Positions 7,706 to 16,261 of a DNA stretch of 64,000 bases are shown piece by piece. How positions within the stretch are numbered: position 1 is the stretch's first letter; each line of letters opens with the position of its first letter. Position numbers and translations under genes: made by a program. This DNA comes from Patescibacteria group bacterium. Lineage in GTDB: Bacteria; Patescibacteriota; Patescibacteriia; 2-12-FULL-57-11. Below the pieces are notes generated by a model. It was not told the origin of the DNA. It saw only the letters and a list, made by a program, of their open reading frames with translations, and searched no databases. The stretch is taken from the NCBI GenBank assembly GCA_004297205.1, contig SCUL01000001.1, positions 157,862-221,861 of the forward strand. The letters run 5' to 3'.

Positions 7706-9021
7706 GCGAAGCGTTCAGCGAGGTAAGCCGGCAGGTCGGCGATGGCGATGCGTTCCTGCGTCATGGCATCGCGGTCGCGGACCGTCACTTTCTTGTCTTC
7801 GAGCGAGTCGAAGTCGACGGTCACGCAGTAGGGCGTGCCGATTTCATCCTGCTGGCGGTAGCGCTTGCCGATCGACTGCGAGGTGTTGTGGTCCACGCGG
7901 AACATTCTCGCCAACTCTTTCGCCAGCGGCAGGGAGACGTTCGTCAGTTCCTCTTTCTTCGACAACGGAAGAACGGCGACCTTCACCGGCGCCAGATGCT
8001 TCGGCAAGCGGAGAACGACGCGCGTCTCGCCGTCGACCGTTTCTTCGTCGTAGGTGGACAGCAGCACCGCCAGGAACGTCCGGTCCACCCCGAGCGACGG
8101 CTCAATGACGTGCGGAATGAACTTTTCCTTCGTATCCGGATCGGTGTAGAACAAATCCTTTCCGGACGCCGCCGCGTGGCTCTTGAGGTCGAAGTCCGTG
8201 CGGTACGCCAATCCGTACAGCTCCTTGCGGCCGAACGGGTAGTCGAACTCGATGTCCACGGTGCGCTTGGAGTAGTGGGCAAGTTCGTCCTTCGGCACGT
8301 CAAGGTCGTGGAGCCGTTTGGCATCGATCCCGACCTCGGCGCACCAGGCGTGCATCTCGCTCAGCCAGTGTTCGAACGTCGTCTGCCATGCCGCGTCCGA
8401 CTTCGGCGGCGCGATGAAGTACTCGATTTCCATCTGCTCGAACTCACGCGTCCGGAAGATGAAGTTGCCGGGCGTAATCTCGTTGCGGAAGGCTTTGCCG
8501 ATCTGGGCGATGCCGAAGGGCAACCGCAACCGTTCAGTACGGGCCACGTTGGCGAAATTCACGAAGATGGCCTGCGCCGTCTCGGGCCGGAAATACGCGA
8601 CGTTCGATCCGTCGTCCTTCGGCCCGATGAAGGTCTTCATCATCAGGTTGAAGGCGGCCGCTTCGGTGAACGTCCCTTTGCGGCCGCAGTGCGGACACGG
8701 CTTGGCGAGGTCGATCTGGTCGGCGCGGAAACGCTCGTGGCATTCCTTGCACTCCACGAGCGGATCGGTGAACGTCGCCAAATGCCCGCTGGCCTCCCAG
8801 ACCTTGGGGTTCATCACGAGCGCCGCGTCGATCCCGACCATGTCCAGCCGAGACGTCACGAAACGCTTCCACCATGCCGCCTTGATGTTGTTCTTCAACT
8901 CGACGCCCAGCGGCCCGTAGTCCCAGGAATTCGCCATGCCCCCGTAGATTTCCGAACCGGGATACACGAAGCCGCGCTGCTTGGCGAACGCGACCAGTTT
9001 GTCCATCGTCAGCTCAGCCAT
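7702..9021 (-). CDS. glyQS: Glycine--tRNA ligase (alpha2 type)
   Basis: EIYGG..WDYGPLG, RPETAQ, FRNEITPGNFIFRTREFEQME, HGTP-type anticodon domain. Confidence 0.96.
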   Translation of the reverse strand: MAELTMDKLVAFAKQRGFVYPGSEIYGGMANSWDYGPLGVELKNNIKAAWWKRFVTSRLDMVGIDAALVMNPKVWEASGHLATFTDPLVECKECHERFRADQIDLAKPCPHCGRKGTFTEAAAFNLMMKTFIGPKDDGSNVAYFRPETAQAIFVNFANVARTERLRLPFGIAQIGKAFRNEITPGNFIFRTREFEQMEIEYFIAPPKSDAAWQTTFEHWLSEMHAWCAEVGIDAKRLHDLDVPKDELAHYSKRTVDIEFDYPFGRKELYGLAYRTDFDLKSHAAASGKDLFYTDPDTKEKFIPHVIEPSLGVDRTFLAVLLSTYDEETVDGETRVVLRLPKHLAPVKVAVLPLSKKEELTNVSLPLAKELARMFRVDHNTSQSIGKRYRQQDEIGTPYCVTVDFDSLEDKKVTVRDRDAMTQERIAIADLPAYLAERFA

Positions 9022-9023
9022 GA

Positions 9024-9572
9024 TCAGATGGTCATGATGTCTTTCTCTTTTTCCTCCTCGATCTTCTCCAACTGCTCCATGTAGCTCTTTACGAGCTTCT
9101 CCAATTCGTCCTGGGCGCGGAAGCGGCCGTCCTCGGACATCTTGCCGTCGCGTTCGGCTTCGATGATCTCGTTGCGCAGCTCTTCGCGCAGGCCGCGCAA
9201 GCTGACTTTGGCTTCCTCTGCCTTGTGGCCGACGACTTTGACCAGGTCCTTGCGGTTCTCTTCCGTCATCTTCGGCAGCGAGATGCGGATGCGCTTGCCG
9301 TCGACCGTCGGATTCAGCCCGATGTTCGCGGCGATGATCCCCTTCTCGATGTCTTTGACGACGCTGGCGTCCCACGGCTCGATCATCAGCGTGGCGGCAT
9401 CCGGCACGCTCACGGAAGCCAGGGACTTGATGTCCATCATGCTGCCGTACGTTTCCACTTTCACCGTGTCGAGCACGGCAGGATTGGCGCGGCCGGTGCG
9501 CAGCGCGCCGAGTTCCTTCTTGAGATGCGCGACGACGTTGTCGAAGCGCGGTTTATGGTCGGACAGGTTCAT
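9024..9572 (-). CDS. frr: Ribosome recycling factor
   Basis: LRTGRANP, IEPWD, TEENRKDLVK. Confidence 0.97.
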   Translation of the reverse strand: MNLSDHKPRFDNVVAHLKKELGALRTGRANPAVLDTVKVETYGSMMDIKSLASVSVPDAATLMIEPWDASVVKDIEKGIIAANIGLNPTVDGKRIRISLPKMTEENRKDLVKVVGHKAEEAKVSLRGLREELRNEIIEAERDGKMSEDGRFRAQDELEKLVKSYMEQLEKIEEEKEKDIMTI

Positions 9573-9589
9573 AATCAGGTTCATCCAGT

Positions 9590-9646
9590 GTAGGGGCGAC
9601 CCTATGCGGTCGCCCAGACAGGGCAGACGCATTGGTCTGCCCCTAC
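9590..9646. repeat. GTAG-family REP doublet
   Basis: GTAGGGGCGACC..GGTCGCCC...GGGCAGAC..GTCTGCCCCTAC. Confidence 0.75.
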
Positions 9647-9654
9647 GCCATGCA

Positions 9655-10728
9655 TTACTGTTTCGGCTTCGTCATGCCCATGTAGACCGCGCCGCCCGTT
9701 TCCAGATCGACGGCGAAGACCGTGGCCAGGCGCGGCGCCGGCGAGCGGCGCGTCACCCAGGTCTGACCGCCGTCGCCCGAGGCGTAGAGCGTGGTACCTG
9801 CGGCATAGTAAATTTCCTGGCCGTTCTTGGGGTTCACGGCGAGCCCCGTGATGGCCGCCGTTTCCGGCGGCGTGACGATGTTGAGCCGCGTCCAGGTGTC
9901 GCCGCCATTCACGGTCTTGAGCAGGCCGTAGCGCGAGGCGTGGATGAGCGTGCCCGGCACGGTGCGGTCTTCGACCACGTCCGTCATGGCGCGGGCGCCG
10001 GAGAACTCGTCCATGGTGCGGGTCAGGTCCGTCCACGTCGTGCCTGCGTCGTTGGTCCGCCAGAAGCCGCGGTCCTTCAACCCGACCCACAGCACGCGGC
10101 TGTCGGCGGAACTCATGACGAGCTTGACGATGCCGCCGTCGAAACGCTTGACCGCGCCCCAGGCGCCGCCGCCGTCGGTGGAGCGCAGCAGGTCGCCCTC
10201 CGAAGTGGAGATGTAGATGCGGCGCGGATCATAGAAGTCCACGGCGACCGAGGTGATGGCCGCGGCCGGGCGGGCGTCGACGTAAGAAATCTCGTAGGTC
10301 AGCGTGCAGTCGGTGGAGCGCAGCAGCTTGTTGCCGATAGCCACGAAGCTGGTGCACTTGTCTCCCGGATGCAGCGCCAGCGACGCGACTTTGCCTTCCT
10401 TGAGCTGCGCCGGTTGCTGCCAGGTCTCGCCGCGGTCCGTGGAAAAGACCACCCCGGCGTTGTCCGTACCGAGCATCAGCATCTGCGGATAGCCCGCGTT
10501 CTGCGCGATGTGCGTGACGTTCGCCGCCGTGATGCTGCCCACGCCCTTGTTGGTCGGCAGCGCGACCTTGCGCTCCCAGGTGGCGCCCTTGTCGCCGGAG
10601 CGGAAGAAGCTGCCGTCCGTCGTCTGCTGAGTACTGCCGGAGCCGCCCACGGTGATGCAGCCGCCGCCCGCAAGCAGCAGCCCCGCGGAAATGAGTCCGA
10701 CCCGGACGATGGGAGAAAGGCGCGTCAT
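9655..10728 (-). CDS. Lipoprotein with BNR/Asp-box (sortilin/YCF48-like) propeller
   Basis: LLLAGGGC lipobox; repeated S-x-D-x-G-x-T-W. Confidence 0.85.
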   Translation of the reverse strand: MTRLSPIVRVGLISAGLLLAGGGCITVGGSGSTQQTTDGSFFRSGDKGATWERKVALPTNKGVGSITAANVTHIAQNAGYPQMLMLGTDNAGVVFSTDRGETWQQPAQLKEGKVASLALHPGDKCTSFVAIGNKLLRSTDCTLTYEISYVDARPAAAITSVAVDFYDPRRIYISTSEGDLLRSTDGGGAWGAVKRFDGGIVKLVMSSADSRVLWVGLKDRGFWRTNDAGTTWTDLTRTMDEFSGARAMTDVVEDRTVPGTLIHASRYGLLKTVNGGDTWTRLNIVTPPETAAITGLAVNPKNGQEIYYAAGTTLYASGDGGQTWVTRRSPAPRLATVFAVDLETGGAVYMGMTKPKQ

Positions 10729-11726
10729 AGCACGAACGCAATATGGTCTAAGACAAGTTTCGGATTGATGTTGGCGTCGAGGTCGGCGGCGGCGCGGTCG
10801 GTGTCTTCCAAGAGCGCGGCGATGGCGCCCGGCCCGCGGCGCGCAGCGTAGCGGCCGATGGCGCCGGAGAAGTCCGGCAGCCGCACCCGTCCCGGTTCGC
10901 CGAGCGAGAGACTGAGCGCGTCGGCGAGCGCAGTGCCGATGGCGGCGAGCACGCCTTTGGCGGCTTGGGCCTGGTCCACGGCGCCGGCGCGTTCCGGCAG
11001 CGCCTTTTGGAACGCGGCCAACCGTTCGTGGAGCGGCGCGTCGAGCGCGGCCACGGCCTGCGCGTAGCGGGCGTCGTCTTCTTCGCGGGTCTCGACGTCG
11101 ACGGAAAGGCTGAGCGCGATGCCGGGACGTCCGGCCGCGCGGCCGGCCAGCGCATCGGCGTCCGGTCGGGCGATGCCGCGGTCCAGAAGCGCCTGGCGGA
11201 TGTCTTGGCGCGGCGCCAGGCCAAAGCGGATCAGCTGCAAACGGGAGAGGACCGTGTCCGGAATCCCGACGCGGGCGTCGGCCACGAGCACCAGCAACGT
11301 TTTCGGCGTCGGCTCCTCCAGCGTTTTGAGGAGGGCGTTCGCGGCGCCGGGCGAAAGGTATTCCGCGCCGTCCACGACCGCCACCTTCCAGCCGGACAGA
11401 AACGACCCCATCTGGAGCCGTTCGCGCAGCGCGCGGACCTGCTCGATGGAAATGTTCTTGTGCAGCTTCTCGGTTTTTTCGTCGCGCTCGCGGGCGATCA
11501 GCGTGAAGTCGGGATAAGCATGGAAGGCGGCGAGTCCGTCTGCCGGCGCCCAGGTGCGACCCAGGAGCGCCGCCAGAAAGAATCCCAGCGCCGTCCGCTT
11601 CCCGACCCCGGCCGGGCCCAAAAAGAGCAGCCCGTGCGCGACGGTTCCCCGCTCCAGCGTCCGGTCCAAAAAGGCGGCCGCCCGGCGGTTGCCGATGAGC
11701 CCTGATTCCACTGCTTTTCGGCTCAT
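10725..11726 (-). CDS. holB: DNA polymerase III delta' subunit
   Basis: HGLLFLGPAGVGK, ISIEQVR, AANALLKTLEEP, TVLSR. Confidence 0.9.
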   Translation of the reverse strand: MSRKAVESGLIGNRRAAAFLDRTLERGTVAHGLLFLGPAGVGKRTALGFFLAALLGRTWAPADGLAAFHAYPDFTLIARERDEKTEKLHKNISIEQVRALRERLQMGSFLSGWKVAVVDGAEYLSPGAANALLKTLEEPTPKTLLVLVADARVGIPDTVLSRLQLIRFGLAPRQDIRQALLDRGIARPDADALAGRAAGRPGIALSLSVDVETREEDDARYAQAVAALDAPLHERLAAFQKALPERAGAVDQAQAAKGVLAAIGTALADALSLSLGEPGRVRLPDFSGAIGRYAARRGPGAIAALLEDTDRAAADLDANINPKLVLDHIAFVL

Positions 11727-11836
11727 AGCGCTGATTATCCTATCACGCAGCTCCCCGCCTGACAAAACCGCCAATTCTCCTGAAATTCAGGTCTTTCAAT
11801 TTGCATAACACAGCCAAAAAAATTACATCGACAACC

Positions 11837-11865
11837 TTGACAAAACCGTGCTTTTGTGATATCTT
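11837..11865 (+). promoter_or_regulatory. sigma70-type promoter
   Basis: TTGACA-17 nt-TG.TATCTT. Confidence 0.65.
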
Positions 11866-11966
11866 GTCCGGTTCTCTTAATGGCAAGCCGTATCTGGCCG
11901 GCCCTTAAGGACCCCGAATCCGCCCTGGGTCAATGGCGGCAGGTCTTGAACAATCCGAGGCAGAAA

Positions 11967-12809
11967 ATGGCGCAGACCCTGTATTTCGGACCCGGGATGA
12001 TCCACCCTGGCGCGCTCGCACTGTACCAGTGGCGCTTGGCGGAGATCATCTGTCACTGTGACCGCATGGACGACGGCGAGGAGGCGGGAGAGTCCGCCGA
12101 CCGCGACGCGGTCCCGGTCGTGGGTCCGCGGGGCGGCGTGCGCCGCTACTCGACCGTCATGTTCCGCGACGACGTCTGCGAGGACGTCGACATGGAGGAC
12201 GCGATCATCGCGCGTCTCGACGGCCCCGGCGACGGGGACGACGAGCGCGACGACGAGGGCCGCGGCGAACGCGACGAGGAGGAGGACGACCTCGACGCGG
12301 ATCCGCCGATGTTCGTCGGCGGCGTGACGCTCGAACGCTACATCAACGAGCAGCAGGGCCTCGTCTACGAGGACGAGAGCGACGAGGAGCCGTTGCAGCC
12401 GATGACCGAGCGCGAGCAGGAGCTCTTCGACATCGTGTCGGCGCTGATGGGCGTCGAGACGGCCGAGGTGGCGCGCGCCGAGGACAGACTCCTCGAGCTG
12501 TGCGTCGTCCTCGACCAGATGACGGCCCCGACACCGGAGTCCCAGACCGCCGAGGGGATCACGGCGCATGTGGTCATCCCGATCGACCGCGTCTACGAGA
12601 TCGACTCGGACGTCCTGCCGCCGGTTAGGCCCGGCCGAGATCGCCGTCGCGACGAGGTACAACGCCGGATGCGCGAGGCGGAACTGATCGCTGCGATCGA
12701 CGAACGGCTCGAGGCGGACGGCATTCCTGCGGAGTACGTCCACGTCTCGCGCAAGCGTGACGCGGAGGATCCGGAGGAGCGCGAGCGTCGCCGCCGCTAC
12801 GCGAACTGA
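11967..12809 (+). CDS. Highly acidic orphan protein (alternative start 11880)
   Basis: D/E-rich ORF, GAGG SD at 11957, own promoter, downstream hairpin with T-tract. Confidence 0.7.
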   Translation: MAQTLYFGPGMIHPGALALYQWRLAEIICHCDRMDDGEEAGESADRDAVPVVGPRGGVRRYSTVMFRDDVCEDVDMEDAIIARLDGPGDGDDERDDEGRGERDEEEDDLDADPPMFVGGVTLERYINEQQGLVYEDESDEEPLQPMTEREQELFDIVSALMGVETAEVARAEDRLLELCVVLDQMTAPTPESQTAEGITAHVVIPIDRVYEIDSDVLPPVRPGRDRRRDEVQRRMREAELIAAIDERLEADGIPAEYVHVSRKRDAEDPEERERRRRYAN

Positions 12810-12843
12810 CGGCAAGTCCCCTACCTTCGCGGGTGTGCGGGCC

Positions 12844-12910
12844 GGCCGGTGAAACGATGAAGCCCGGGTTCGCCCAGGCAACATCTGCTCACCGGCCGTT
12901 CTTCTTTTTT
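12844..12910 (+). terminator. Long interrupted hairpin with T-tract
   Basis: cggccggtga...gggttcgccc...tcaccggccg ttcttcttttt. Confidence 0.6.
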
Positions 12911-13874
12911 ACTGCAACCCGACGGCTTCGCGCACCGTCTTCATCATCTTCTGCGCTTCGGCACGTGCGCACTCACCGCCGTCGGCCAGCACCTTGTCGA
13001 GCTTTTTGGGATCGGCGATCAAATCATCGTAGCGGGCACGGATGTCGGAAAGCTGCGCGTTGATTTCGTCTGCCAGCAGTTCTTTCAACTCTTTGTAGCC
13101 CAATCCCCCGTTGTCGTAGGCGGCGTCCACCTTTTTCATGGCCGCGGCGGACGAAAAGACTTTATGCAGGGCGTAGAGCGTGTCTTTCTTGTCTTTCGGT
13201 TCCGCGGGCGCCCGCGAATCCGTGGTGATGCGCATGACGCGCTTTTTTGTTTCCTCGGCCGAGGCGAAGAGCGGGATGACGTTGCCGTAGCTCTTGGACA
13301 TCTTCTGCCCGTCGATGCCGGGCACGGTCTCCGTCCCCTTCTCGATCAGCGGCTCGGGCAGCGTGAACACTTCCGCGCCGAACTCGGTGTGGAACCGTTT
13401 GGCGATTTCGCGGGCGATCTCCACGTGCTGGACCTGGTCTTTGCCGACGGGCACCACGACCGCGCGGTACATCAAGATGTCCGCGGCCATGAGCACCGGG
13501 TAATCGAAAATGCCGACGTTGATTTCCTTCTTCTTCGCGGCGGCGTCCTTGAAGGCGTGGGCGCGCTGCAAGGTCGGCATCGGGGTCACGCAATTCAAAA
13601 TCCAAGCCAGCTCGGCATGTTCCGGCACGTCGCTCTGGCGGAACAACACGGTCTTCTTAGGATCAAGGCCGACGGCGAGGTACGCGGCGGCGAGCTCGCG
13701 CGTCTGCTTTTTGAGGAGCGCGGCGTCGCGCACCGTGGTCAGCGCGTGGTAGTCGGCCAGAAAGACGAACGACTCGTACTGTCCGGCCAGCGTCACGAAA
13801 CGGCGCATCGCCCCGACATAGTTGCCGAGGTGCACCTCTCCTGTGGGTTTGACGCCGGAAACAAGTCTCTTCAT
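12909..13874 (-). CDS. trpS: Tryptophan--tRNA ligase
   Basis: HLGN, YPVLMAADIL, VPVGKDQ, KMSKS. Confidence 0.97.
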   Translation of the reverse strand: MKRLVSGVKPTGEVHLGNYVGAMRRFVTLAGQYESFVFLADYHALTTVRDAALLKKQTRELAAAYLAVGLDPKKTVLFRQSDVPEHAELAWILNCVTPMPTLQRAHAFKDAAAKKKEINVGIFDYPVLMAADILMYRAVVVPVGKDQVQHVEIAREIAKRFHTEFGAEVFTLPEPLIEKGTETVPGIDGQKMSKSYGNVIPLFASAEETKKRVMRITTDSRAPAEPKDKKDTLYALHKVFSSAAAMKKVDAAYDNGGLGYKELKELLADEINAQLSDIRARYDDLIADPKKLDKVLADGGECARAEAQKMMKTVREAVGLQ

Positions 13875-13881
13875 ACAAGTT

Positions 13882-13986
13882 TGTCATCCTGAGCGGCAGC
13901 GAAGGATCCTACTTGGATATTCCCGAACGATTTCCCGAGTACGATCCTCGCAGGATTCTTCGGTCGCTGCGCTCCTCAGAATGACA
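13882..13986. repeat. GTCATCCTGAG-family palindromic element, copy 1
   Basis: tgtcatcctgagcg..gaaggatcc...ggattcttcg..ctcagaatgaca. Confidence 0.85.
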
Positions 13987-13998
13987 CATCTTTGCTTT

Positions 13999-15102
13999 TC
14001 ACAAAAGCTCCTTCAACACAGCAATCGTCTTTTGCGCGGCCGCGCTCCAGGTGAACGCGGCGGCATGTGCGCGGCGCTGTTCTGCTACGGCAGGATCCGT
14101 TTCCGTAAGCGCGCGGCGAATGCCGTCGGCGATGCTCTCGGACGAGCTCGGATCAACAAGGTGCGCCAGCCCGCCGGCGACTTCCTCAGTGGCGCTGCCT
14201 TTGGATGTCACGACCGGGACGCCGTACGAAAAGGCCTCGAGGATGGGCAGGCCGAACCCTTCGGCGAGCGACGGAAAGAGCAGGAGCGACGCGCCTTGGA
14301 GCAGCGCGAAGGTCTCGCGGTCCGGCAAGGGCCCGAGCTCCATGGCCCACGGCTGCCCGGCGAACGACGGACGCATGCGGTCGTAGCCGGCGCCGGGACG
14401 GCCGATCAGCGCGAGCTGCAGGTCGGGATGCTCTTTGCGCACCAAAGCCAGGGCCTGCACGGCACGCGCCACGTTCTTCTTGGCTTCGACGCGGCCGAGC
14501 ATCAGCGCATACGGCTGGCGCAGGCCGAGCTTGGCGCGGACCATGGCGCACTCCCCGTCCGCGAGCGGCGCAGGCACGGACACGCCGTGCGGCACAATGC
14601 GGATGCGCTCGGCGAGGCCCTTCGCGGGAAACGTCCTGAGCAGATCGTCTTTGACCGCCGCGCTCGGCACAATGATGCGGTCGGCGGTGCGCGCGGCAAG
14701 CCAGGTGGTGACCATCAGGTAGAAACGGCCATGCGGCGTGTACCCCTCCGGATGCGCCACGAATGCCACGTCATGGACGACGGTCGCGGCAGGACGGGAG
14801 TGCAGCGCCGGAAGCACGTGCCCGGGCACGAACAGCAGGTCCGGCCGGCGGCGGAACGTCTCCCACGCCAGGCGCGTCTGCGTCCAGAGCACGCGCGGTG
14901 GCCAGCGCAAATGGCGCGTGTCGGCGTGAGCATCGACAAACACCGCCACGTCCTTGCGCACGGGCTGGTCCAGATACAGCCGGACATGCCAATCCTCCGG
15001 GCGCTGCCGGAGGATCTCACCGATGATCTCAAAACAATAACGCTCGACGCCGGTCTTCAGCGCACGGTTGGCGCGGGAGGCGTCGATGCCGATGATCTTC
15101 AT
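13999..15102 (-). CDS. GT4 glycosyltransferase
   Basis: KTGVERY, KKNV, EGFGLPILEA. Confidence 0.93.
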   Translation of the reverse strand: MKIIGIDASRANRALKTGVERYCFEIIGEILRQRPEDWHVRLYLDQPVRKDVAVFVDAHADTRHLRWPPRVLWTQTRLAWETFRRRPDLLFVPGHVLPALHSRPAATVVHDVAFVAHPEGYTPHGRFYLMVTTWLAARTADRIIVPSAAVKDDLLRTFPAKGLAERIRIVPHGVSVPAPLADGECAMVRAKLGLRQPYALMLGRVEAKKNVARAVQALALVRKEHPDLQLALIGRPGAGYDRMRPSFAGQPWAMELGPLPDRETFALLQGASLLLFPSLAEGFGLPILEAFSYGVPVVTSKGSATEEVAGGLAHLVDPSSSESIADGIRRALTETDPAVAEQRRAHAAAFTWSAAAQKTIAVLKELL

Positions 15103-15107
15103 ACCTC

Positions 15108-16127
15108 CTAGTAGCGACGGTTGCCTGCTCCCAAAATGCTGCGCTTGTACGCATCCAAGTTTTCCAGAACGATGCCCACGCCTTTGACGACCGCGAACAT
15201 CGGCTCGTCGGCCACGAAGGCCGGCACGCCCGTGGCCTGCGCCAGCAGCTCGGCCAGGTTGCGCAGCTGCGAGGAACCGCCGGACAGGATCATGCCCTTG
15301 TCCATGACGTCGGCCGAAAGTTCCGGCGGCGTCTGATGGAGCACGTCCTTCACGGTCTGGATGATGCCTTCAAGCTCGTTCTGAATGGCGTCGGTCACGT
15401 CGTCCGACGTCACGGTGATGATGCGCGGCAGGCCCGTGACCATGTCGCGGCCCTTCACTTCCATCTCGAGTTTCTCGGTCAGGTACATGGCCGAGCCGAT
15501 CTTGATCTTGATGTCCTCGGAGGTGCGCTCGCCGACGGCCAGGCCGTACTTGCGCCGCACGTGTTCCATGATGGCCATGTCGAACTTGTTGCCGCCGATG
15601 CGCACCGAGGACGAGGCCACGATGCCGCCCAGCGAAATGACGGCGCACTCGATGGTGCCGCCGCCGATCTCCACGATCATGTGCCCGGACGCGGCGCCGA
15701 TCGGAATGCCGGAGCCGATCGCGGCCACCACCGGCTCCTTGATGATGTACGCGGCGCGCGCGCCGGCGGCGAGCGTGGCGTCGATCACGGCGCGGCGTTC
15801 CGTCGAGGTGATGCCGCCCGGCACGGCGACCATGACTTCCGGTTTGAAAAAGCGGATGCCGCCGAGCGCCTTGTTGATGAAATAGCGGAGCATGGCCTCG
15901 GTCGTCCGGTAGTCGGCGATCACGCCGTCCTTGAGCGGGCGGTGCGCGACGATCGACTCCGGGGTGCGGCCGAGCATTTCCTTGGCTTCCTTGCCGACGG
16001 CCAGGACTTTCTTGTCGGCCTGGGATACGGCAACCACCGACGGCTCATTGATGATGATGCCGCGTTTCGGTACGAATACTTCGACATTGGTCGTGCCAAG
16101 GTCGATGCCGATTTTCTTGATAAACAT
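15108..16127 (-). CDS. mreB: Rod-shape protein MreB
   Basis: IGIDLGT, EPSVVA, PLKDGVIAD, GGGT, TPPELSAD. Confidence 0.96.
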   Translation of the reverse strand: MFIKKIGIDLGTTNVEVFVPKRGIIINEPSVVAVSQADKKVLAVGKEAKEMLGRTPESIVAHRPLKDGVIADYRTTEAMLRYFINKALGGIRFFKPEVMVAVPGGITSTERRAVIDATLAAGARAAYIIKEPVVAAIGSGIPIGAASGHMIVEIGGGTIECAVISLGGIVASSSVRIGGNKFDMAIMEHVRRKYGLAVGERTSEDIKIKIGSAMYLTEKLEMEVKGRDMVTGLPRIITVTSDDVTDAIQNELEGIIQTVKDVLHQTPPELSADVMDKGMILSGGSSQLRNLAELLAQATGVPAFVADEPMFAVVKGVGIVLENLDAYKRSILGAGNRRY

Positions 16128-16139
16128 GGAATGCTGTCT

Positions 16140-16261
16140 TGAGGCCGCGAAAAACTCCGGACGCAAGGCGCGGGACAGCGAGGGAGGAGCCGTACTTCAT
16201 ACGTACGGTGACGACCGAGCAGGGCCCCGCAACGCCGCGGCCGGAGGAATTTCCGGCCTCA
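16140..16261. repeat. Long imperfect palindrome in the mreB upstream spacer
   Basis: tgaggccg/cggcctca, ctccgg/ccggag and ccgtac/gtacgg nested stems. Confidence 0.7.

Noticed and set aside
15108-16127. MreB phosphate-2 motif VEIGGGT instead of VDIGGGT
   Set aside because: Single conservative change; insufficient evidence of altered function.
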